Source: Thermoguttaceae bacterium (lineage in GTDB: Bacteria > Planctomycetota > Planctomycetia > Pirellulales > Thermoguttaceae). Taken from it: a DNA stretch of 47,451 nucleotides. The stretch covers positions 1 through 47,451 of the forward strand of contig JBEKZQ010000667.1 of the NCBI GenBank assembly GCA_049509675.1, in the 5' to 3' direction. The notes under the pieces are model-generated. The model worked only from the letters and a program-made list of their open reading frames with translations, did no database searches and had not been told where the DNA came from. Below are positions 42,805 through 47,451 of this stretch, in pieces (the stretch's first letter is position 1; each line of letters starts with the position of its first letter). The translations under genes and the position numbers were made by a program.

Positions 42805-43022
42805 GCCGCGTAGCGGCCGCTGATGGTAGCCGTGGGTTTCAACCCACGGAACGGGCGCATCCCATGCCGCATTCCGGCCGCGTAGCGACGATTGACGGTC
42901 AGGCGTCGCTACGCGACGCATCATCGCACGCGGGCTGGAGACCGTGGGTTGAAACCCACGGCTACCATCGGGCCATCGCTACGCGATTCCGGGGCCGACC
43001 ATCGGGCAATCGCTACGCGATT
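42805..43022. repeat. Composite REP/MITE-like element downstream of Int2
   Basis: A' 42805-42849, internal gcgtcgctacgcgacgc hairpin, A 42942-42988, plus a partial third unit 42997-43022. Confidence 0.85.
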
Positions 43023-43137
43023 TTGGGCCTTCTGGCGCGGTCGGGTTGTATCGATTAGCAACTTCAAAAAAGACGTGCGCGCCCTTTTTTTGCTATCGCG
43101 CACCGATCGCGAAGAGTTTGCCGTCACATGGCGACGG

Positions 43138-44076
43138 TTATGCCGCGGCTGACGACGCCAGCCGAGCATGGAGCCTTGCCTCAAGCTCGCGCTGCTCTTC
43201 GATGGGCAGCCGGCTGATGACGCGATCCAGACGCACTAGCCGCGGTTGTACAGGCTTGTCTTTCCTGGGGCGCAAGGCGGTCACCTGATCGGCGATCGCC
43301 TTGGCAGTCAGATGCCGCTCGAGGATTTGCCGCATCAGCCCCCTGGCCAGATCGCCGAGACCCGGGCGGACGTCCCATTGCTCCGTCACCGGATCGCGCT
43401 TCACGAGCGGGCAAAGCGCGCGAACCGTGGAAAGCGGCAGGAGCTCCACGGTATCGGCCCCCAAGAGTCGCGCGACCCAATAACAGGCGATTACGCGATT
43501 GACCCGCGCTGCCTCGCCGGTGATGCCCAGGTCGGCCAGGGCCTTTCTGAGTTGCTGGACGGCCGCCGGCCGATCGGGCTGCTGTGAGACCCACTGCCAG
43601 GCCAGGCAGCCCAGCCGCAACGCGCGGCGGGTGGCCTGGCAATCGTACTTGGTCCACTCGCCGAGGACCTCCTCGATCGTCAGTTGCCGCGGCTCGCGGG
43701 TTTTGGCCAGGGCCTCGGCCAGCGTGGCGCGGGACTGGGGGACAGTGGGGCGTGGGGCGTGGGGCGTGGGGCGTGAAGACGCCCCACGGTCCACGACCGC
43801 CTCGCGAATCACGGCGGCAGCCGGCGGGGTGTCGGTCGCGCCGGCTGCGGCGGCAAGGGGGACAGTCCCAGTTTCGTTGAACGAAACTTGGGACAGTCCC
43901 CGGCACTCCCGCGCCGCCGCGGCGGCAGTTGTGGCGCCTGCGGCCGCGGTCGGCACAGTGGGGCCGGGCATGACGGCCGGACCGGGTGGGAGTGGAGGCT
44001 GTGGATCGGTGGGCGCGGCGACCGGAAAACCATGCCGGAACAGGATATTGTGGATCGACTCGATCGACTCGATCAT
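43138..44076 (-). CDS. Hypothetical protein; the N-terminal third contains two in-frame repeat elements, so the true start is uncertain
   Basis: C-terminal ~200 aa look globular (LTIEEVLGEWTKYDCQATRRALRLGCLAWQW...). The 44-bp palindrome and a GTGGGGC hairpin (43744-43797) lie in frame. Confidence 0.45.
   Translation of the reverse strand: MIESIESIHNILFRHGFPVAAPTDPQPPLPPGPAVMPGPTVPTAAAGATTAAAAARECRGLSQVSFNETGTVPLAAAAGATDTPPAAAVIREAVVDRGASSRPTPHAPRPTVPQSRATLAEALAKTREPRQLTIEEVLGEWTKYDCQATRRALRLGCLAWQWVSQQPDRPAAVQQLRKALADLGITGEAARVNRVIACYWVARLLGADTVELLPLSTVRALCPLVKRDPVTEQWDVRPGLGDLARGLMRQILERHLTAKAIADQVTALRPRKDKPVQPRLVRLDRVISRLPIEEQRELEARLHARLASSAAA
43857..43900. repeat. 44-bp palindromic element (variant B'), in frame in ORF 43138-44076
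   Basis: ggggacagtcccagtttcgttgaacgaaacttgggacagtcccc. One substitution relative to 34407-34450. Confidence 0.9.
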
Positions 44077-44289
44077 GGCCGCCTCCGGGGCTGAAAAGAG
44101 GCCGGCCCGGAAAACCCGCCAAGGACCGGGCCGGCGTCGCGCTCGAAACCCTCAAGAAATGAATCGGGCCGCAGAGCGTGACCACTGCGGCCCGGTTGAA
44201 ACGGTGGTGATGCTTTCGTTATCGGCTGCCGTGGGTTGTGCCCTGAAAAGCAGTTAGGGCGCGTGTTGAAAATTTGCAACGTCTGCGGT

Positions 44290-44318
44290 TTGCACGTTCA
44301 CATTTTGCATCATAGAGT
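44290..44318 (+). promoter_or_regulatory. Candidate promoter for the 44.5-47.4 kb + strand genes, in an AT-rich region with three TTTGCA motifs
   Basis: TTGCAC - 17 nt - TAGAGT. aaatttgcaa at 44270-44279 is the reverse complement of ttgcaaattt in the 32908 operator-like site. Confidence 0.35.
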
Positions 44319-44523
44319 TTGTCGGACAGAGAAGCTCTTAGCATGCTTCCAATTGCGCCGGCCATGCCGGTTCTGCCATGTGAAATGAATCATCGCGATT
44401 GAACGAATTCGCCCGCTGCGCGCCGCGCCCATCAGCGCGACCGGAACTCCAGCTAGAGCAGCTACGCGACCCGGTCGTGCGGGCGCGGCCCTTTTGAGCA
44501 AAACATTGAAAGCTGAAAACTAC

Positions 44524-44703
44524 ATGGGACACGTCACGTCGCGAACGAAGGGCCGAGAGACGAAGCCGGCGAAGCCGGCCGCCGCGCTGAAACAGCTCGA
44601 TGAGCTGGTCCTGACCAAGCGGAACCTGGGGACGCTGGTGATCGCCGATCGGCGCTATGCGGGCCAACAGAAGAGCCGCAGTTACCAGGTGATGATCCTC
44701 TGA
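44524..44703 (+). CDS. Small basic hypothetical protein
   Basis: ATG at 44524 in the context ctgaaaactacATG, as for other genes here. A TTG at 44494 is an alternative start. Confidence 0.35.
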   Translation: MGHVTSRTKGRETKPAKPAAALKQLDELVLTKRNLGTLVIADRRYAGQQKSRSYQVMIL

Positions 44704-44738
44704 ACTAGAGGGTCCACGAAAGACACGAGAGTCACGAA

Positions 44739-45017
44739 ATGCGCAAAGCTACCGCCGCGAAGTTGCTGGCCACCATCGACAAGACCCTGGCCAAAGGCAA
44801 GCAGTACTACCGCACGGCCGGCGAATTGAAACAGCAGCTCGTCGCCGCTGTGCTGGATAGTCCGAAGGGCCGGCTGGACCTGCCCAACGGCAAGGCCGTC
44901 ACCCTTCGCGATCCGTTCGTCGGACCCAACGGCGAGCCCAAAATGGTCTGGAAGCAGGCCGGCTTCGACCGCTGGGAACTGCAGGTGATCGATGCGCCCG
45001 CCGGCACTAATCCCTAA
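44739..45017 (+). CDS. Hypothetical protein (92 aa)
   Basis: A CACGAAA array directly precedes the ATG. GC-rich third positions. The stop lies inside a TAATCCC array. Confidence 0.5.
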   Translation: MRKATAAKLLATIDKTLAKGKQYYRTAGELKQQLVAAVLDSPKGRLDLPNGKAVTLRDPFVGPNGEPKMVWKQAGFDRWELQVIDAPAGTNP

Positions 45018-45039
45018 TCCCTAATCGCTAATCCCTCTG

Positions 45040-45447
45040 ATGGCCTTTCTCGCCCATGACGACACGCTCCGCGGCCGCATCGGCAGCCGGCACATCGGCG
45101 GCCTGAGCGTCGAGGTGGCCTGCGACGACCAGACGCAGCGACACTTGCGGGCGGGCAAGGGCAGCGGGCTGAGCGTCGATCCGTTCCCGCGCTGGAAAAG
45201 CCGCTTCGCCAAGTCGAGCGGATTCGAGCCGGAGCGGGACGGCCGGATCGCGCCGGCGATCGGCAGCGCAAGACAGAAAGCCGCGGCGCGGGCGTATCAG
45301 GACGTTGCCACAGGCGCGGCCGCAGACGCCCTCGCCGATCGGCGCGACGCACACCCGGAAGTTCCGTGCGGCGGGGAGCGTGGACCCTGCGGCGTCTTCG
45401 GCCCACGTCCCACGCCCCGCACCCCACGCGCGTCGGAGGCCGCATGA
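45040..45447 (+). CDS. Hypothetical protein (135 aa)
   Basis: GC-rich third positions. Stop overlaps the next start (ATGA at 45444-45447). Confidence 0.45.
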   Translation: MAFLAHDDTLRGRIGSRHIGGLSVEVACDDQTQRHLRAGKGSGLSVDPFPRWKSRFAKSSGFEPERDGRIAPAIGSARQKAAARAYQDVATGAAADALADRRDAHPEVPCGGERGPCGVFGPRPTPRTPRASEAA

Positions 45448-46094
45448 GCACCACCCTCACCATTGCCACGCCGGCCAAGCGGCACAAAGTAAAGTACCTG
45501 CACTGCGGCGGGCCGACCTTTCGGCGGCACGCGCAGCAATTCTTCGGCCTGGCCAGCGGCGACGCGGTCTGCTACCGGCGGGACAACACGCTGGAGGACC
45601 TGGTTATCTCGCACGCGACCCAGTGCCCATGGATCCACGTGGGCATGATCGCCTGGAACGCCGACCGCGAGGAGTGGGAGATCATCGACACGCGGCAGTG
45701 GCGGGGCGGCCGCCGGCAATCGCTCATCGAAGCGGTCCGCGAGAATCCCGGCCACTGGGACCATTTCGCCACCAACCCGGGCGATCGCTGGCCGGAATAT
45801 AACCGCCGCCTGGCCGTGGCGAAGATGGACGAGTTCATCGATCGGAATTATGGCTGGGGAAACCTGCTCCGCGATGCGTTGACCCACATCCCGATCGTCC
45901 AGGCCTGGTTCCCCGTGGACCTGGCCGATGGCTCCGATGGTGGCGACCTGCCGTTCTGCTCGCAGGCATTCGCCCTGGCCACGCGGGTCGGCGGGGGAGT
46001 GGACATCTGCCCGCACCGGGCCGATCGCTACACCGAGCCGGTCCACGTCGTGCAGAGTTTGTTCTGCGAGTATCGGGGAACGTTCGTTTCGTGA
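45444..46094 (+). CDS. Permuted papain-fold amidase/peptidase (YiiX/YaeF, C92-like)
   Basis: His-before-Cys order typical of the permuted NlpC/P60 group: SGDAVCYRR...ISHATQCPWIHVGMI, then LPFCSQAFALA. Confidence 0.5.
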   Translation: MSTTLTIATPAKRHKVKYLHCGGPTFRRHAQQFFGLASGDAVCYRRDNTLEDLVISHATQCPWIHVGMIAWNADREEWEIIDTRQWRGGRRQSLIEAVRENPGHWDHFATNPGDRWPEYNRRLAVAKMDEFIDRNYGWGNLLRDALTHIPIVQAWFPVDLADGSDGGDLPFCSQAFALATRVGGGVDICPHRADRYTEPVHVVQSLFCEYRGTFVS

Positions 46095-46162
46095 AGCGTG
46101 GGGCGTGGAGCGTGGGGCGGGAAGAGAATGACTAAAACAGGAAAACACGAAAGAGAACAGCC

Positions 46163-46534
<372 letters not shown>

Positions 46535-46650
46535 CGGCCTGAAGGGAAGATTCTCGCCCATCAACACGGCGATGATGGTAAAGGTCAGCGGCGGCGAGGT
46601 GAAGCTCGATCTTTGATCGCCCCACGGTCCGCGGTCCACGCCCCACGATA

Positions 46651-46806
46651 ATGGAAACCTCCCTCCACACCCTGATCGCCAATCCGCACCTGAGAGTGGG
46701 ACTGTTCGTGCTCGGGGCGGCGCTGGTCGGGCTGAGCCATGAGGATCACGAGTGGTGGAAGTTCGCAGGGCTGGCGACACTGGTCCTGACGCACTGGCTC
46801 TTATAG
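46651..46806 (+). CDS. Holin-like small membrane protein (51 aa, two hydrophobic helices), not in the ORF track
   Basis: My translation: METSLHTLIANPHLRVGLFVLGAALVGLSHEDHEWWKFAGLATLVLTHWLL. Ends 5 nt before the peptidase gene. Confidence 0.45.
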   Translation: METSLHTLIANPHLRVGLFVLGAALVGLSHEDHEWWKFAGLATLVLTHWLL

Positions 46807-46811
46807 AGCAG

Positions 46812-47450
46812 ATGAGCAACAGAGCAGGTGAGCAGGTGAAAGGCAGAAAAACAACCATTTTGGCGTTCCGATCTACTGGTCTCCTGTTCGCAATTCTCCT
46901 GTTCTGCGGCTCGGCCGCCGCCGGACCGCCGATCGAAGTGCCCGCCGAACTGCGGCACGCAAACTATCTCGACGCGGCCGGGCGCGGTTCCTGCGGTTTC
47001 GCCGCGGCCGAGGATCTTCTCGTCGCCGAAGGCCGGCCTGATGAGGCCGCCTACTGGCGCGCACACTTCGCCGGGCCGACGTGGATCCGAGACCTGCCCC
47101 GCAAGGCGCAGCTCCGACACCTGGCGTGGGACGCGACGGAGTGCGGCGACGAGGCCTGGTTGCAGGCCGCGAGCGACTTGCACCTGGCGGCCGTGATCGG
47201 CTGGGGCACTTACCAGCAGCGACTATTGCGCGGCCTGGTCTGGATCCCCGGCCACGCCGTGCTATTTCTCGGTTTCGACGCCGACCATGCGTGGTATCTC
47301 GACAGCAACGGACCTGCCGGATACCGCATGCGACCCCGTGCGGAGTTCCTGCGGCTATGGCGGACGGCCGGCGGCGACGGATTTACCTTGATTCCAACCG
47401 ACCGTGGGTTGAAACCCACGGCTACCATCGGGCCATCGCTACGCGATTAG
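46812..47450 (+). CDS. Secreted/anchored papain-like cysteine peptidase (C39-like); endolysin candidate
   Basis: Hydrophobic N-terminus TTILAFRSTGLLFAILLFCGSAAAG. Candidate Cys in GRGSCGFAAAEDL and His in IPGHAVLFLGFD. The 3' end lies in the terminal repeat. Confidence 0.45.
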   Translation: MSNRAGEQVKGRKTTILAFRSTGLLFAILLFCGSAAAGPPIEVPAELRHANYLDAAGRGSCGFAAAEDLLVAEGRPDEAAYWRAHFAGPTWIRDLPRKAQLRHLAWDATECGDEAWLQAASDLHLAAVIGWGTYQQRLLRGLVWIPGHAVLFLGFDADHAWYLDSNGPAGYRMRPRAEFLRLWRTAGGDGFTLIPTDRGLKPTATIGPSLRD

Positions 47451-47451
47451 C
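47330..47451. repeat. Terminal direct repeat, copy 2
   Basis: Identical to 1-122. Confidence 0.95.

Larger units (their letters stand above)
41273..43022 (+). mobile_element. Possible mobile cassette: second integrase gene bracketed by two directly oriented REP/MITE-like composites
   Basis: Same-orientation composites at 41273-41462 and 42805-43022 flank only ORF 41568-42797. Confidence 0.3.

Noticed and set aside
44494-45017. Toxin-antitoxin pair formed by two small adjacent ORFs
   Set aside because: Neither product shows a motif of any TA family I recognise, and the gene starts are uncertain. Adjacency alone is insufficient.

Overview
The window is a complete, visibly GC-rich, roughly 47.3 kb temperate tailed-phage genome (siphovirus-like, HK97-type head). 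Bases 1-122 repeat exactly at 47330-47451, so the record is circularly closed or terminally redundant. Order on the + strand: a lysis-like cassette spanning the junction (46651-47450, then 146-1516); an HNH gene; an outlying fibre module (1930-4783); a second HNH; TerS (P27 type); TerL; an HK97 portal with a long C-terminal extension; a MuF-like protein; and an HK97 prohead protease with a nested scaffold-like C-terminus. Next is a five-gene cargo island (beta-propeller glycosidase/phosphorylase-like, SAM methyltransferase, radical SAM, LexA DNA-binding-domain-only protein, DPPY DNA methyltransferase). Then come the major capsid, connector/adaptor/tail-completion proteins, major tail, a G/GT chaperone with an A_AAA_AAC -1 frameshift site, tape measure, distal tail and fibre proteins, and a GT-A-like protein. 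A minus-strand operon of unknowns (28730-31882) lies downstream of an excisionase gene. It is followed by attP (the 3' half of a tRNA-Lys-like gene), an XRE repressor, a CsrA homologue, a tyrosine integrase, an iteron-containing putative replication initiator, ParB without ParA, a second integrase flanked by REP/MITE-like composites, and two papain-fold peptidases. The most unusual property is non-coding. Most gene junctions carry opposed arrays of 7-8 nt tandem repeats (GGGATTA, CTGAAAA, GTGGGGC, CAGGTGA, CACGRAW). Several palindromic elements also sit in-frame inside ORFs. All function calls rest on motif recognition by eye; no database search was run.
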